64,000 nt of DNA from Escherichia coli (GCF_044647545.1 NZ_CP172818.1); one strand, 5' to 3'. Shown: positions 21,056 through 32,942, counted from the stretch's first letter. Notes: generated from the letters alone by a model not told the origin. Made by a program: numbers and translations.

Positions 21056-23317
21056 ATGATCAAGTTATCTGAAAAAGGCGTGTTTCTCGCCAGTAATAAC
21101 GAAATAATTGCCGAAGAATATTTCACCGGCGAAATTAAAAAAGAAGAAGCCAAAAAAGGCACTATTGCCTGGTCTATTCTCTCTTCTCATAATACGTCCG
21201 GAAATATGGATAAACTTAAAATTAAGTTTGATTCATTAGCCTCTCACGATATTACCTTTGTTGGTATTGTACAGACCGCTAAAGCGTCCGGTATGGAACG
21301 TTTCCCGCTGCCGTATGTGCTGACCAACTGCCATAACTCACTCTGCGCCGTCGGCGGCACCATTAACGGTGATGACCATGTTTTTGGTTTATCGGCGGCC
21401 CAGCGTTATGGCGGTATTTTTGTGCCACCGCATATTGCGGTCATCCATCAATATATGCGTGAAATGATGGCAGGCGGCGGCAAAATGATCCTCGGGTCAG
21501 ACAGCCATACCCGTTACGGTGCGTTAGGGACAATGGCGGTTGGCGAGGGCGGCGGCGAGCTGGTAAAACAACTGCTTAATGACACCTGGGATATCGACTA
21601 TCCGGGCGTGGTTGCGGTGCATCTGACCGGAAAACCAGCGCTGTATGTGGGGCCACAGGATGTGGCGCTGGCTATCATCGGTGCCGTGTTCAAAAACGGT
21701 TACGTCAAAAACAAAGTGATGGAGTTCGTAGGTCCCGGTGTTGCAGCGCTCTCTACCGATTTCCGTAACAGCGTTGACGTGATGACCACTGAAACGACCT
21801 GTTTAAGTTCTGTCTGGCAAACCGATGAAGAAGTCCATAACTGGCTGACGCTGCACGGTCGCGGCCAGGATTACTGCCAACTTAACCCTCAACCAATGGC
21901 GTACTACGATGGCTGCATCAGCGTTGATTTAAGCGCCATCAAACCAATGATTGCGCTGCCATTCCACCCGAGCAACGTGTATGAAATCGACACGCTGAAC
22001 CAGAACCTGACCGACATTCTGCGTGAGATTGAAATTGAGTCCGAACGTGTGGCGCACGGTAAAGCCAGACTCTCGCTGCTGGATAAAGTGGAAAATGGTC
22101 GCCTGAAAGTGCAGCAGGGGATTATCGCGGGCTGTTCTGGCGGTAACTATGAAAACGTCATCGCGGCGGCGAATGCGCTGCGCGGTCAATCCTGTGGCAA
22201 TGACACCTTCTCGTTAGCGGTTTACCCGTCATCACAGCCCGTGTTTATGGATCTCGCCAAAAAAGGTGTGGTAGCAGATTTGATTGGCGCAGGCGCAATC
22301 ATCAGAACCGCGTTCTGCGGCCCATGCTTTGGCGCGGGCGATACACCAATCAATAACGGTTTGAGTATTCGCCACACCACGCGTAACTTCCCGAACCGCG
22401 AAGGCTCTAAGCCAGCTAATGGTCAGATGTCAGCGGTGGCGTTGATGGACGCTCGTTCTATCGCTGCGACTGCGGCAAACGGTGGCTATTTAACCTCTGC
22501 CAGCGAACTCGATTGCTGGGACAACGTGCCGGAGTACGCCTTCGATGTAACGCCGTATAAAAACCGTGTTTATCAGGGCTTTGTGAAAGGGGCGACCCAG
22601 CAACCGCTGATTTACGGACCGAACATTAAAGACTGGCCGGAATTGGGTGCGCTGACTGACAATATCGTCCTCAAAGTGTGCTCGAAGATCCTCGACGAAG
22701 TGACCACCACCGACGAACTGATTCCTTCCGGTGAAACCTCTTCTTATCGTTCAAATCCGATTGGTCTGGCGGAGTTTACCCTGTCACGCCGCGATCCAGG
22801 TTATGTTGGTAGAAGTAAAGCGACTGCTGAGCTGGAAAATCAGCGTCTGGCGGGAAATGTCAGCGAGCTGACAGAGGTGTTTGCGCGCATTAAGCAGATT
22901 GCTGGTCAGGAGCATATTGATCCGCTGCAAACTGAAATTGGCAGCATGGTCTATGCGGTGAAACCAGGCGATGGTTCTGCGCGTGAGCAGGCGGCGAGCT
23001 GTCAGCGTGTGATTGGCGGTCTGGCGAATATTGCCGAGGAGTACGCGACTAAACGCTACCGTTCTAACGTCATCAACTGGGGGATGTTACCGCTGCAGAT
23101 GGCGGAAGCACCGAACTTTGACGTAGGTGATTACATTTACATCCCTGGCATTAAAGCAGCGCTGGATAATCCGGGTACGACGTTTAAAGGTTATGTGATC
23201 CATGAAGATGCGCCGGTAACAGAGATTACGCTCTATATGGAAAGTCTGACTGCTGAAGAGCGCGAGATTATCAAGGCGGGTAGTTTGATTAACTTCAATA
23301 AAAACCGTCAGATGTAA
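21056..23317 (+). CDS. ybhJ: aconitase-family protein
   Basis: ORF contains aconitase-type motifs [23 protein letters not shown] and GDGSAREQ; start taken at MIKLSEKG (alternative ATG at 21032). Confidence 0.88.
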   Translation: MIKLSEKGVFLASNNEIIAEEYFTGEIKKEEAKKGTIAWSILSSHNTSGNMDKLKIKFDSLASHDITFVGIVQTAKASGMERFPLPYVLTNCHNSLCAVGGTINGDDHVFGLSAAQRYGGIFVPPHIAVIHQYMREMMAGGGKMILGSDSHTRYGALGTMAVGEGGGELVKQLLNDTWDIDYPGVVAVHLTGKPALYVGPQDVALAIIGAVFKNGYVKNKVMEFVGPGVAALSTDFRNSVDVMTTETTCLSSVWQTDEEVHNWLTLHGRGQDYCQLNPQPMAYYDGCISVDLSAIKPMIALPFHPSNVYEIDTLNQNLTDILREIEIESERVAHGKARLSLLDKVENGRLKVQQGIIAGCSGGNYENVIAAANALRGQSCGNDTFSLAVYPSSQPVFMDLAKKGVVADLIGAGAIIRTAFCGPCFGAGDTPINNGLSIRHTTRNFPNREGSKPANGQMSAVALMDARSIAATAANGGYLTSASELDCWDNVPEYAFDVTPYKNRVYQGFVKGATQQPLIYGPNIKDWPELGALTDNIVLKVCSKILDEVTTTDELIPSGETSSYRSNPIGLAEFTLSRRDPGYVGRSKATAELENQRLAGNVSELTEVFARIKQIAGQEHIDPLQTEIGSMVYAVKPGDGSAREQAASCQRVIGGLANIAEEYATKRYRSNVINWGMLPLQMAEAPNFDVGDYIYIPGIKAALDNPGTTFKGYVIHEDAPVTEITLYMESLTAEEREIIKAGSLINFNKNRQM

Positions 23318-23389
23318 AAAAAGGCGCTATGAAATATAGCGCCCAGTTTCATTAACCCGATGGTTCAGACTATCGGGTTTTCTTTTTTT
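23316..23389. terminator. two hairpins between convergent ybhJ and ybhC (one terminator per strand)
   Basis: A7 + ggcgctat-N5-atagcgcc (T-run on minus strand, ybhC side) and cccgatag-like stem + TTTTCTTTTTTT (ybhJ side). Confidence 0.7.
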
Positions 23390-24671
23390 ACTTCTTCGCC
23401 TCTGCAACCACTTTGCTACCCACGCCGCGGTTATTGTATTCCCACATGCGGTTGTAGTTAGTGTCATTCAGATTGCGCTGTACTTCGTCGTTATCATCAA
23501 CGTTGCCAGTATTACCCGCAAACGGACGATTGGAAATCACCGCATCGGCCCACGGTTTCGCCGTGTTAAAACCTTCGTTGATGGCGCTATCACGGATCAC
23601 TACCTGACCGTTGGTATTGGCATCAACATCCAGCGAGCGGCCCAGTTGTGCCACGCCATCACCGGAAGCATTGAAACGGCTGTTTACGGCGAGGAAACCG
23701 TAGTAAATGTTGGACAGCGTAGCCGGTGCAAACACATACGCTTCTTGCTGGGTACGGGAGTTCACCACGCGGAATTCGGTGTTATCGAACACCACTGCGC
23801 CGCGACCAGAAACGATATCCACATCCCCTTCAATATAGCTGTTGGTCACCAGCGTACGCGGCTGACGGTTGGTTTCCAGACGGTTCTGCACACCGCTGTT
23901 GGTGACAAAGAAGGTGTTCTGACGACCGAGAATGTTGACGTTATTGATCTGCACTTTGTCGCCATCAGTACGCAGTGCCACCGCCGGATGGTTACCCGCA
24001 TCTACGCTATCGCCCAGCGTGTTTTCGATGGTCAGGTTTTGCAGTTGCAGGCCATTGTTTTGTGACCAGAAGACCGCAGAGCAGAGAACACCGATACTGT
24101 CGCTGCGTTTACTCTGGCAGCTATCGTACATATACCACGCCGGTTTACCTGGCATATATTTGCCGCGCGGGTTGACGTCGTGACGCCAGTCGGCAGGGCT
24201 CATGCCACCATCAAGGGAAAGCCCAATCTTCACATCAATCGGTTTTTCACCTGTACCGTACAGAGTAATTCCACCCGGAGCGGCAGGGACATACACCGTT
24301 CCCTGATACTCACCAGGCATCACGGCAATATACTGGCGCTTGTTGGTACGCTTGATAATTGCCGCATCTACCGCCGCCTGAATCGTGGTATGCGTTACAC
24401 CTTGAGTACCCGCCGGGCCGACAACAAAGTCAGGTTGCGCAGGCAGGGTAATCGGGGAAGGATTCCACGCTGCCGCACCTGGTGTCAGGGATGCAAAATA
24501 GTGTTGAGCATCGAAATTCTGCGCTTCTTTTGCCGACAGAATCGGGCGAGAAGAGGTACCAGGCGCGGTTTGATCAGAAGGACGTTGATCGGGCGGTGTT
24601 GAGCTACAGGCGGTCAGCGTCACGCCAAAAGCCAATGCCAGCGCCAGACGGGAAACTGAAAATGTGTTCAC
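23388..24671 (-). CDS. ybhC: outer-membrane lipoprotein, pectinesterase-fold acyl-CoA thioesterase
   Basis: 427-aa ORF with lipoprotein signal and lipobox (LTAC) followed by pectin-methylesterase-like beta-helix sequence. Confidence 0.92.
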   Translation of the reverse strand: MNTFSVSRLALALAFGVTLTACSSTPPDQRPSDQTAPGTSSRPILSAKEAQNFDAQHYFASLTPGAAAWNPSPITLPAQPDFVVGPAGTQGVTHTTIQAAVDAAIIKRTNKRQYIAVMPGEYQGTVYVPAAPGGITLYGTGEKPIDVKIGLSLDGGMSPADWRHDVNPRGKYMPGKPAWYMYDSCQSKRSDSIGVLCSAVFWSQNNGLQLQNLTIENTLGDSVDAGNHPAVALRTDGDKVQINNVNILGRQNTFFVTNSGVQNRLETNRQPRTLVTNSYIEGDVDIVSGRGAVVFDNTEFRVVNSRTQQEAYVFAPATLSNIYYGFLAVNSRFNASGDGVAQLGRSLDVDANTNGQVVIRDSAINEGFNTAKPWADAVISNRPFAGNTGNVDDNDEVQRNLNDTNYNRMWEYNNRGVGSKVVAEAKK

Positions 24672-24822
24672 AGGTTGCTCCGGGCTATGAAATAGAAAAA
24701 TGAATCCGTTGAAGCCTGCTTTTTTATACTAACTTTAGCGAAACGGGAAGGTAAAAAGACAAAAAGTTGTTTTTAATACCTTTAAGTGATACCAGATGGC
24801 ATTGCGCCATCTGGCAGAGTGA

Positions 24823-25299
24823 TTAACTAAACATCGCAGTAATCGAGGCACTCGCCAGAGAGTGAAAATGAACGTTAAACCCGACCATCGCGCCGCTGGC
24901 ACCTTCATCGACATCAATACGTTCTACATCCAGCGCGTGAACGGTAAAAATGTAGCGATGGGTTTCGCCTTTCGGCGGCGCTGCGCCATCGTATCCGGTT
25001 TTACCAAAGTCGGTACGCGTCTGCAAAACGCCGTCTGGCATTGCTACCAGACCAGAGCCAAACCCTTGCGGTAATACGCGGGTATCCGCGGGTAAATTAA
25101 CAACTACCCAGTGCCACCAGCCGGAGCCAGTTGGCGCATCCGGGTCGTAGCAGGTGACAACAAAACTTTTCGTTCCCACAGGAACATCATCCCACGCCAG
25201 ATGCGGTGAAATATTATCGCCATCGTAACCCATGCCGTTAAAGACATGACGATGTGGCAACTTATCGCCATCGCGTAAATCATTACTGATGAGTTTCAT
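24823..25299 (-). CDS. ybhB: PEBP/RKIP-family protein
   Basis: 158-aa ORF immediately downstream of bioA on the same strand; matches YbhB. Confidence 0.92.
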   Translation of the reverse strand: MKLISNDLRDGDKLPHRHVFNGMGYDGDNISPHLAWDDVPVGTKSFVVTCYDPDAPTGSGWWHWVVVNLPADTRVLPQGFGSGLVAMPDGVLQTRTDFGKTGYDGAAPPKGETHRYIFTVHALDVERIDVDEGASGAMVGFNVHFHSLASASITAMFS

Positions 25300-25357
25300 G
25301 AGCCCTCCTTTCTTGTTTGCAGAAAGTGTAGCCAGAAACCCTCACGCTGACTTCCCG

Positions 25358-26647
25358 TTATTGGCAAAAAAATGTTTCATCCTGCACCGCACGATTAACC
25401 GCTGCGGTCAGACGCTGCAACTGTTGCGGGAGAATAATATAGGGCGGCATCAGGTAAATCAGTTTGCCAAAAGGCCGGATCCAGACACCCTGTTCGACAA
25501 AGAATTTTTGCAGCGCTGCCATATTCACCGGACGAGTGGTTTCGACCACGCCGATTGCCCCCAGTACGCGCACATCGGCAACCATTTCGGCGTCACAGGC
25601 GGGGGCAAGTTGCTCGCGTAACTGCGCTTCAATAGCCGCCACCTGATGCTGCCAGTCGCCAGATTCGATAATCGCCAGGCTGGCGTTTGCTGCTGCGCAG
25701 GCCAGCGGATTGCCCATAAAAGTTGGCCCATGCATAAAGCAGCCGGCTTCGCCGTTACTGATGGTTTCCGCAACCTCGCGCGTGGTGAGCGTGGCGGAAA
25801 GGGTCATTGTGCCGCCGGTTAAGGCTTTACCGAGACACAAAATATCCGGCGCGATTTCTGCATGTTCACAGGCAAACAGTTTGCCGGTACGACCAAATCC
25901 GGTGGCGATCTCGTCGGCAATCAGCAAGATACCTTCGCGATCGCACATTTTGCGGATTCGTTTTAACCATTCCGGATGGTACATGCGCATCCCGCCTGCG
26001 CCCTGGACAATCGGTTCAATGATCACCGCCGCGATTTCATGACGATGCGCCGCCATCAGGCGGGCAAAGCCCACCATATCGCGCTCATCCCATTCGCCAT
26101 CCATGCGGCTTTGTGGAGCGGGAGCAAACAAGTTTTCTGGCAGATAGCCTTTCCACAGGCTGTGCATTGAGTTGTCCGGATCGCACACCGACATCGCGCC
26201 AAAGGTATCGCCATGATAACCATTGCGGAAGGTCAGAAAACGCTGGCGCGCTTCGCCTTTGGCCTGCCAGTACTGCAACGCCATTTTCATCGCCACTTCT
26301 ACCGCTACGGAGCCGGAGTCCGCGAGAAAAACGCACTCCAGCGGTTGCGGCGTCATTGCCACCAATTTGCGGCACAGCTCAATGGCGGGCGCATGGGTGA
26401 TACCGCCAAACATCACATGCGACATAGCATCAATTTGCGATTTCATCGCCGCATTAAGCTGCGGGTGATTGTAACCGTGGATCGCCGCCCACCAGGACGA
26501 CATACCGTCAACAAGGCGTCTGCCGTCAGACAAAATTAGCTCGCAACCTTCGGCGCTCGCCACCGGATAAACCGGTAGCGGGGAGGTCATGGATGTGTAT
26601 GGGTGCCAGATATGGCGTTGGTCAAAGGCAAGATCGTCCGTTGTCAT
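25358..26647 (-). CDS. bioA: adenosylmethionine-8-amino-7-oxononanoate aminotransferase
   Basis: Start chosen at [20 protein letters not shown] (429 aa); the longer ORF to 26758 would run through the bio operator. Confidence 0.95.
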   Translation of the reverse strand: MTTDDLAFDQRHIWHPYTSMTSPLPVYPVASAEGCELILSDGRRLVDGMSSWWAAIHGYNHPQLNAAMKSQIDAMSHVMFGGITHAPAIELCRKLVAMTPQPLECVFLADSGSVAVEVAMKMALQYWQAKGEARQRFLTFRNGYHGDTFGAMSVCDPDNSMHSLWKGYLPENLFAPAPQSRMDGEWDERDMVGFARLMAAHRHEIAAVIIEPIVQGAGGMRMYHPEWLKRIRKMCDREGILLIADEIATGFGRTGKLFACEHAEIAPDILCLGKALTGGTMTLSATLTTREVAETISNGEAGCFMHGPTFMGNPLACAAANASLAIIESGDWQHQVAAIEAQLREQLAPACDAEMVADVRVLGAIGVVETTRPVNMAALQKFFVEQGVWIRPFGKLIYLMPPYIILPQQLQRLTAAVNRAVQDETFFCQ

Positions 26648-26655
26648 AATCGACT

Positions 26656-26695
26656 TGTAAACCAAATTGAAAAGATTTAGGTTTACGAGTCTACA
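26656..26695. promoter_or_regulatory. bio operator (BirA binding site) in the bioA/bioBFCD divergent promoter
   Basis: About 40-bp imperfect palindrome ttgtaaaccaaattgaaaagatttaggtttacgagtctac between the divergent bioA and bioB starts. Confidence 0.8.
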
Positions 26696-26733
26696 CCGAA
26701 TTAACAACAAAAAACACGTTTTGGAGAAGCCCC

Positions 26734-27774
26734 ATGGCTCACCGCCCACGCTGGACATTGTCGCAAGTCACAGAATTATTTGAAAAACCGTTGCTGGATC
26801 TGCTGTTTGAAGCGCAGCAGGTGCATCGTCAGCATTTCGATCCTCGTCAGGTGCAGGTCAGCACTTTGCTGTCAATTAAGACCGGAGCTTGTCCGGAAGA
26901 TTGCAAATACTGCCCGCAAAGCTCGCGCTACAAAACCGGGCTGGAAGCCGAGCGGTTGATGGAAGTTGAACAGGTGCTGGAGTCGGCGCGCAAAGCGAAA
27001 GCGGCAGGATCGACGCGCTTCTGCATGGGCGCGGCGTGGAAGAATCCCCACGAACGCGATATGCCGTACCTGGAACAAATGGTGCAGGGGGTAAAAGCGA
27101 TGGGGCTGGAGGCGTGTATGACGCTGGGCACGTTGAGTGAATCTCAGGCGCAGCGCCTGGCGAATGCCGGGCTGGATTACTACAACCACAACCTCGACAC
27201 CTCGCCGGAGTTTTACGGCAATATCATCACCACGCGTACCTATCAGGAACGCCTCGATACGCTGGAAAAAGTGCGCGACGCCGGGATCAAAGTCTGCTCG
27301 GGCGGCATTGTGGGCTTAGGCGAAACAGTAAAAGATCGCGCCGGATTATTGCTGCAACTGGCAAACCTGCCAACGCCGCCGGAAAGCGTACCAATCAACA
27401 TGCTGGTGAAGGTGAAAGGCACGCCGCTTGCTGATAACGATGATGTCGATGCCTTTGATTTTATTCGCACCATTGCAGTTGCGCGGATCATGATGCCGAC
27501 CTCTTACGTACGCCTTTCTGCCGGACGCGAGCAGATGAACGAACAGACTCAGGCGATGTGCTTTATGGCTGGCGCAAACTCGATTTTCTACGGTTGCAAA
27601 CTGCTGACCACGCCGAATCCGGAAGAAGATAAAGACCTGCAACTGTTCCGCAAACTGGGGCTAAATCCGCAGCAAACTGCCGTGCTGGCGGGCGATAACG
27701 AACAACAGCAGCGTCTGGAGCAGGCGCTGATGACCCCGGACACTGACGAATATTACAACGCGGCAGCACTATGA
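26734..27774 (+). CDS. bioB: biotin synthase (radical SAM)
   Basis: 346-aa ORF with radical-SAM CxxxCxxC motif (CPEDCKYC); divergent from bioA across the bio operator. Confidence 0.97.
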   Translation: MAHRPRWTLSQVTELFEKPLLDLLFEAQQVHRQHFDPRQVQVSTLLSIKTGACPEDCKYCPQSSRYKTGLEAERLMEVEQVLESARKAKAAGSTRFCMGAAWKNPHERDMPYLEQMVQGVKAMGLEACMTLGTLSESQAQRLANAGLDYYNHNLDTSPEFYGNIITTRTYQERLDTLEKVRDAGIKVCSGGIVGLGETVKDRAGLLLQLANLPTPPESVPINMLVKVKGTPLADNDDVDAFDFIRTIAVARIMMPTSYVRLSAGREQMNEQTQAMCFMAGANSIFYGCKLLTTPNPEEDKDLQLFRKLGLNPQQTAVLAGDNEQQQRLEQALMTPDTDEYYNAAAL

Positions 27775-28925
27775 GCTGGCAGGAGAAAATCAACGCGGCG
27801 CTCGATGCGCGGCGTGCTGCCGATGCCCTGCGTCGCCGTTATCCAGTGGCGCAAGGAGCCGGACGCTGGCTGGTGGCGGACGATCGCCAGTATCTGAACT
27901 TTTCCAGTAACGATTATTTAGGTTTAAGCCATCATCCGCAAATTATCCGTGCCTGGAAGCAGAGTGCGGAGCAATTTGGCGTCGGTAGCGGCGGCTCCGG
28001 TCACGTCAGCGGTTATAGCGTGGCGCATCAGGCGCTGGAAGAAGAACTGGCCGAGTGGCTGGGCTATTCGCGGGCACTGCTGTTTATCTCTGGTTTTGCC
28101 GCTAATCAGGCGGTCATTGCCGCGATGATGGCAAAAGAGGACCGCATTGTTGCTGACCGGCTTAGCCATGCCTCATTGCTGGAAGCTGCCAGTTTAAGCC
28201 CGTCGCAGCTTCGCCGTTTTGCTCATAACGATGTCACTCATCTGGCGCGACTGCTTGCTTCCCCCTGTCCGGGGCAGCAACTGGTGGTGACAGAAGGCGT
28301 GTTCAGCATGGACGGCGATAGTGCGCCACTGGCGGAAATCCAGCAAGTAACGCAACAGCACAATGGCTGGTTGATGGTCGATGATGCCCACGGCACGGGC
28401 GTTATCGGGGAGCAGGGGCGTGGCAGCTGCTGGCTGCAAAAGGTAAAACCAGAATTGCTGGTGGTGACTTTTGGCAAAGGATTTGGCGTCAGTGGGGCAG
28501 CGGTGCTTTGCTCCAGTACGGTGGCGGATTATCTGCTGCAATTCGCCCGCCATCTTATCTACAGCACCAGTATGCCGCCCGCTCAGGCGCAGGCATTACG
28601 TGCGTCGCTGGCGGTCATTCGCAGTGATGAGGGTGATGCACGGCGCGAAAAACTGGTGTCACTCATTGCGCGTTTTCGTGCCGGAGTGCAGGATTTGCCG
28701 TTTACGCTTGCTGATTCATGGAGCGCCATCCAGCCATTGATCGTCGGTGATAACAGCCGTGCGTTACAACTGGCAGAAAAACTGCGCCAGCAAGGCTGCT
28801 GGGTCACGGCGATTCGCCCGCCAACCGTACCTGCTGGTACTGCGCGACTGCGCTTAACACTAACTGCCGCGCATGAAATGCAGGATATCGACCGTCTGCT
28901 GGAGGTGCTGCATGGCAACGGTTAA
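27771..28925 (+). CDS. bioF: 8-amino-7-oxononanoate synthase
   Basis: 384-aa PLP-dependent acyltransferase ORF; start overlaps bioB stop (ATGA). Confidence 0.96.
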   Translation: MSWQEKINAALDARRAADALRRRYPVAQGAGRWLVADDRQYLNFSSNDYLGLSHHPQIIRAWKQSAEQFGVGSGGSGHVSGYSVAHQALEEELAEWLGYSRALLFISGFAANQAVIAAMMAKEDRIVADRLSHASLLEAASLSPSQLRRFAHNDVTHLARLLASPCPGQQLVVTEGVFSMDGDSAPLAEIQQVTQQHNGWLMVDDAHGTGVIGEQGRGSCWLQKVKPELLVVTFGKGFGVSGAAVLCSSTVADYLLQFARHLIYSTSMPPAQAQALRASLAVIRSDEGDARREKLVSLIARFRAGVQDLPFTLADSWSAIQPLIVGDNSRALQLAEKLRQQGCWVTAIRPPTVPAGTARLRLTLTAAHEMQDIDRLLEVLHGNG

Positions 28926-29667
28926 TAAACAAGCCATTGCAGCGGCATTTGGTCGGGCAGCCGCGCACTATGAGCAACATGCGGATCTACAGCGCCAGAG
29001 TGCTGACGTCTTACTGGCAATGCTCCCACAGCGTAAATACACCCACGTACTGGATGCGGGTTGTGGACCTGGCTGGATGAGCCGCCACTGGCGTGAACGT
29101 CACGCGCAGGTGACGGCGTTAGATCTCTCGCCGCCAATGCTTGTTCAGGCACGCCAGAAGGATGCCGCAGACCATTATCTGGCGGGAGATATCGAATCCC
29201 TGCCGTTAGCGACTGCAACCTTCGATCTTGCATGGAGCAATCTCGCGGTGCAGTGGTGCGGTAATTTATCCACGGCACTTCGCGAGCTGTATCGCGTGGT
29301 GCGCCCCGGAGGCGTGGTCGCGTTTACCACGCTGGTGCAGGGATCGCTCCCTGAATTACATCAGGCGTGGCAGGCGGTGGACGAGCGCCCGCATGCTAAT
29401 CGCTCTTTACCGCCAGATGAAATCGAACAGTCGCTGAACGGCCTGCATTATCAACATCATATTCAGCCCATCACGCTGTGGTTTGATGATGCGCTCAGTG
29501 CCATGCGTTCGCTGAAAGGCATCGGTGCCACGCATCTTCATGAAGGGCGCGACCCGCGGATATTAACGCGTTCGCAGTTGCAGCGATTGCAACTGGCCTG
29601 GCCACAAAAACAGGGGCGATATCCTCTGACGTATCATCTTTTTTTGGGAGTGATTGCTCGTGAGTAA
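28912..29667 (+). CDS. bioC: malonyl-ACP O-methyltransferase
   Basis: Start chosen at [14 protein letters not shown] (251 aa); SAM-MTase motif LDAGCGPG; overlaps the bioF 3' end. Confidence 0.93.
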   Translation: MATVNKQAIAAAFGRAAAHYEQHADLQRQSADVLLAMLPQRKYTHVLDAGCGPGWMSRHWRERHAQVTALDLSPPMLVQARQKDAADHYLAGDIESLPLATATFDLAWSNLAVQWCGNLSTALRELYRVVRPGGVVAFTTLVQGSLPELHQAWQAVDERPHANRSLPPDEIEQSLNGLHYQHHIQPITLWFDDALSAMRSLKGIGATHLHEGRDPRILTRSQLQRLQLAWPQKQGRYPLTYHLFLGVIARE

Positions 29668-30337
29668 ACGTTATTTTGTCACCGGAACGGATACCGAAGT
29701 GGGGAAAACCGTCGCCAGTTGTGCACTTTTACAAGCCGCAAAGGCAGCAGGCTACCGGACGGCAGGTTACAAACCGGTGGCCTCTGGCAGCGAAAAGACC
29801 CCGAAAGGCTTACGTAATAGTGACGCGCTGGCGTTACAGCGCAACAGTAGCCTGCAGCTGGATTACGCAACGGTAAATCCTTACACCTTCGCAGAACCCA
29901 CCTCGCCGCACATCATCAGCGCGCAAGAGGGCAGGCCGATAGAAGCATTGGTAATGAGCGCCGGATTACGCGCGCTTGAACAACAGGCTGACTGGGTGTT
30001 AGTGGAAGGCGCTGGCGGCTGGTTTACGCCGCTTTCTGACACTTTCACTTTTGCGGATTGGGTAACACAGGAACAACTGCCGGTGATACTGGTAGTTGGT
30101 GTGAAACTCGGCTGTATTAATCACGCGATGTTGACGGCACAGGCAATACTACACGCCGGACTGACTCTGGCGGGTTGGGTGGCGAACGATGTCACGCCTC
30201 CGGGAAAACGTCACGCTGAATATATGACCACGCTCACCCGCATGATTCCCGCTCCGCTGCTGGGCGAAATTCCCTGGCTTGCAGAAAATCCAGAAAATGC
30301 GGCAACCGGAAAGTACATCAATCTTGCCTTAATGTAG
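29660..30337 (+). CDS. bioD: dethiobiotin synthetase
   Basis: GTG start at 29660 gives (M)[16 protein letters not shown] (P-loop); overlaps bioC stop; 225 aa. Confidence 0.9.
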   Translation: MSKRYFVTGTDTEVGKTVASCALLQAAKAAGYRTAGYKPVASGSEKTPKGLRNSDALALQRNSSLQLDYATVNPYTFAEPTSPHIISAQEGRPIEALVMSAGLRALEQQADWVLVEGAGGWFTPLSDTFTFADWVTQEQLPVILVVGVKLGCINHAMLTAQAILHAGLTLAGWVANDVTPPGKRHAEYMTTLTRMIPAPLLGEIPWLAENPENAATGKYINLALM

Positions 30338-30348
30338 TCATCCTGTAC

Positions 30349-30400
30349 TTGGTTAAATTGCGAGCGAGATCGCGTCTTCGATTGACTGCAATTTAACCAA
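30349..30400 (+). other. long inverted repeat downstream of bioD (possible operon terminator structure)
   Basis: 13-nt arms ttggttaaattgc / gcaatttaaccaa separated by 26 nt; no clear T-run, so terminator function is uncertain. Confidence 0.4.
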
Positions 30401-30496
30401 TTAAATTCTAAAAAAATCACGAAAAAAATTTTACCTCCGCATCATGCGGTGAATGTGGGAATTGCCCAGGCGGCGGGGGATAGGGGCTGCAGACAG

Positions 30497-30519
30497 TTAT
30501 CCACTATTCCTGTGGATAA
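30497..30519. promoter_or_regulatory. inverted pair of DnaA-box-like sequences upstream of uvrB
   Basis: ttatccact ... gtggataa (TTATCCACA-like boxes in inverted orientation) about 400 nt upstream of uvrB ATG. Confidence 0.55.
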
Positions 30520-30821
30520 CCATGTGTATTAGAGTTAGAAAACACGAGGCAAGCGAGAGAATACGCGGCTTGCACGCGAATTGGCGTTAAAGACGGCTCA
30601 AAGAAATATCTTTTATTTTTTAACTGGTTAGATAATTGCAATGGCAGTCACTGAAGAGGCATCTCTTGCCATAAAACTGTCATCACTCATCTTGACAAAT
30701 GTTAAAAAAGCCGTTGCTTTGGGGATAACCCGGTAAGGCCGGAGTTTTATCTCGCCACAGAGTAAATTTTGCTCATGATTGACAGCTGAGTTTACGCTGT
30801 AACAGAAATATTATGGTGAGA

Positions 30822-30841
30822 AACTGTTTTTTTATCCAGTA
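30822..30841 (+). promoter_or_regulatory. LexA (SOS) box of uvrB overlapping promoter
   Basis: aaCTGTttttttatCCAGta (CTGT-N8-CCAG) immediately followed by TATAAT; about 75 nt upstream of uvrB ATG. Confidence 0.8.
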
Positions 30842-30915
30842 TAATTTGTTGGCATAATTAAGTACGACGAGTAAAATTACATACCTGCCCGCCCAACTCC
30901 TTCAGGTAGCGACTC

Positions 30916-32937
30916 ATGAGTAAACCGTTCAAACTGAATTCCGCTTTTAAACCTTCTGGCGATCAGCCAGAGGCGATTCGACGTCTCGAAGAGGGGCTGG
31001 AAGATGGCCTGGCGCACCAGACGTTACTTGGCGTGACTGGCTCCGGGAAAACCTTCACCATTGCCAATGTCATTGCTGACCTTCAGCGCCCTACCATGGT
31101 ACTTGCGCCCAACAAAACGCTGGCGGCCCAGCTGTATGGCGAAATGAAAGAGTTCTTCCCGGAAAACGCGGTGGAGTATTTCGTCTCCTACTACGACTAT
31201 TATCAGCCGGAAGCCTATGTACCGAGTTCCGACACCTTCATTGAGAAAGATGCCTCGGTAAACGAACATATCGAGCAGATGCGTTTGTCCGCCACCAAAG
31301 CGATGCTGGAGCGGCGTGATGTGGTTGTGGTGGCATCGGTTTCCGCGATTTATGGTCTGGGCGATCCTGATTTATATCTCAAGATGATGCTCCATCTTAC
31401 GGTCGGTATGATTATCGATCAGCGCGCGATCCTGCGTCGACTGGCGGAGCTGCAATACGCTCGTAATGATCAAGCCTTCCAGCGCGGTACTTTCCGCGTT
31501 CGTGGGGAGGTGATTGACATCTTCCCGGCAGAATCGGATGACATTGCACTTCGCGTGGAACTGTTTGACGAGGAAGTGGAACGATTGTCGTTATTTGATC
31601 CGCTCACCGGGCAGATTGTTTCCACTATTCCACGTTTTACCATCTACCCGAAAACGCACTACGTCACACCGCGCGAGCGCATTGTGCAGGCGATGGAAGA
31701 AATTAAAGAAGAACTGGCTGCCAGACGCAAGGTGCTGTTGGAAAACAACAAACTGCTGGAAGAGCAGCGGCTGACCCAGCGTACCCAGTTTGATCTGGAG
31801 ATGATGAACGAGCTGGGCTACTGTTCGGGGATTGAAAACTACTCGCGCTTCCTCTCCGGTCGTGGACCGGGTGAGCCACCGCCGACGCTGTTTGATTACC
31901 TGCCTGCCGATGGGCTGCTGGTGGTCGATGAATCTCACGTTACCATTCCGCAAATTGGCGGCATGTATCGCGGTGACCGGGCGCGTAAAGAGACGCTGGT
32001 GGAGTACGGCTTCCGCCTGCCATCAGCGCTGGATAACCGTCCGCTGAAATTTGAAGAGTTCGAAGCATTAGCGCCGCAAACCATCTATGTTTCGGCGACG
32101 CCGGGTAATTACGAGCTGGAAAAATCCGGCGGCGATGTGGTGGATCAGGTGGTGCGTCCAACAGGCTTACTTGACCCGATTATTGAAGTGCGTCCGGTAG
32201 CGACACAGGTCGATGATCTTCTATCGGAGATTCGTCAGCGAGCGGCAATTAACGAACGCGTACTGGTTACAACTCTGACCAAGCGGATGGCGGAAGATCT
32301 CACTGAATATCTCGAAGAACACGGTGAGCGCGTGCGTTATCTTCACTCAGATATCGACACCGTCGAACGTATGGAGATTATCCGCGACTTGCGTCTGGGT
32401 GAGTTCGACGTATTGGTAGGGATCAACTTACTGCGCGAAGGTCTGGATATGCCGGAAGTGTCGCTGGTGGCGATCCTCGACGCTGACAAAGAAGGCTTCC
32501 TGCGTTCCGAACGTTCGTTGATCCAGACCATTGGTCGTGCGGCACGTAACGTTAACGGTAAAGCGATTCTCTACGGCGATAAGATCACCCCATCAATGGC
32601 GAAAGCGATTGGCGAAACCGAACGTCGCCGCGAGAAACAGCAGAAGTACAACGAGGAACACGGCATTACGCCGCAAGGCTTGAACAAGAAAGTGGTCGAT
32701 ATCCTGGCGCTGGGGCAGAACATTGCCAAAACCAAAGCGAAGGGCAGAGGAAAATCGCGCCCGATTGTTGAGCCAGATAATGTGCCGATGGATATGTCGC
32801 CTAAAGCGTTGCAGCAGAAGATCCATGAACTGGAAGGGTTGATGATGCAACACGCGCAGAATCTGGAGTTCGAAGAAGCGGCGCAAATTCGTGACCAGTT
32901 GCATCAGCTGCGTGAGCTGTTTATTGCCGCGTCGTGA
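30916..32937 (+). CDS. uvrB: excinuclease ABC subunit B
   Basis: 673-aa ORF with Walker A GVTGSGKT, helicase motifs and C-terminal UvrB-UvrC interaction helix; LexA box upstream. Confidence 0.98.
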
Positions 32938-32942
32938 CAAGA

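Noticed and set aside
26648-26758. N-terminal extension of bioA (ORF track start 26758)
   Set aside because: Would read through the bio operator and overlap the bioB start; the BioA N-terminus MTTDDLAF begins at 26647.
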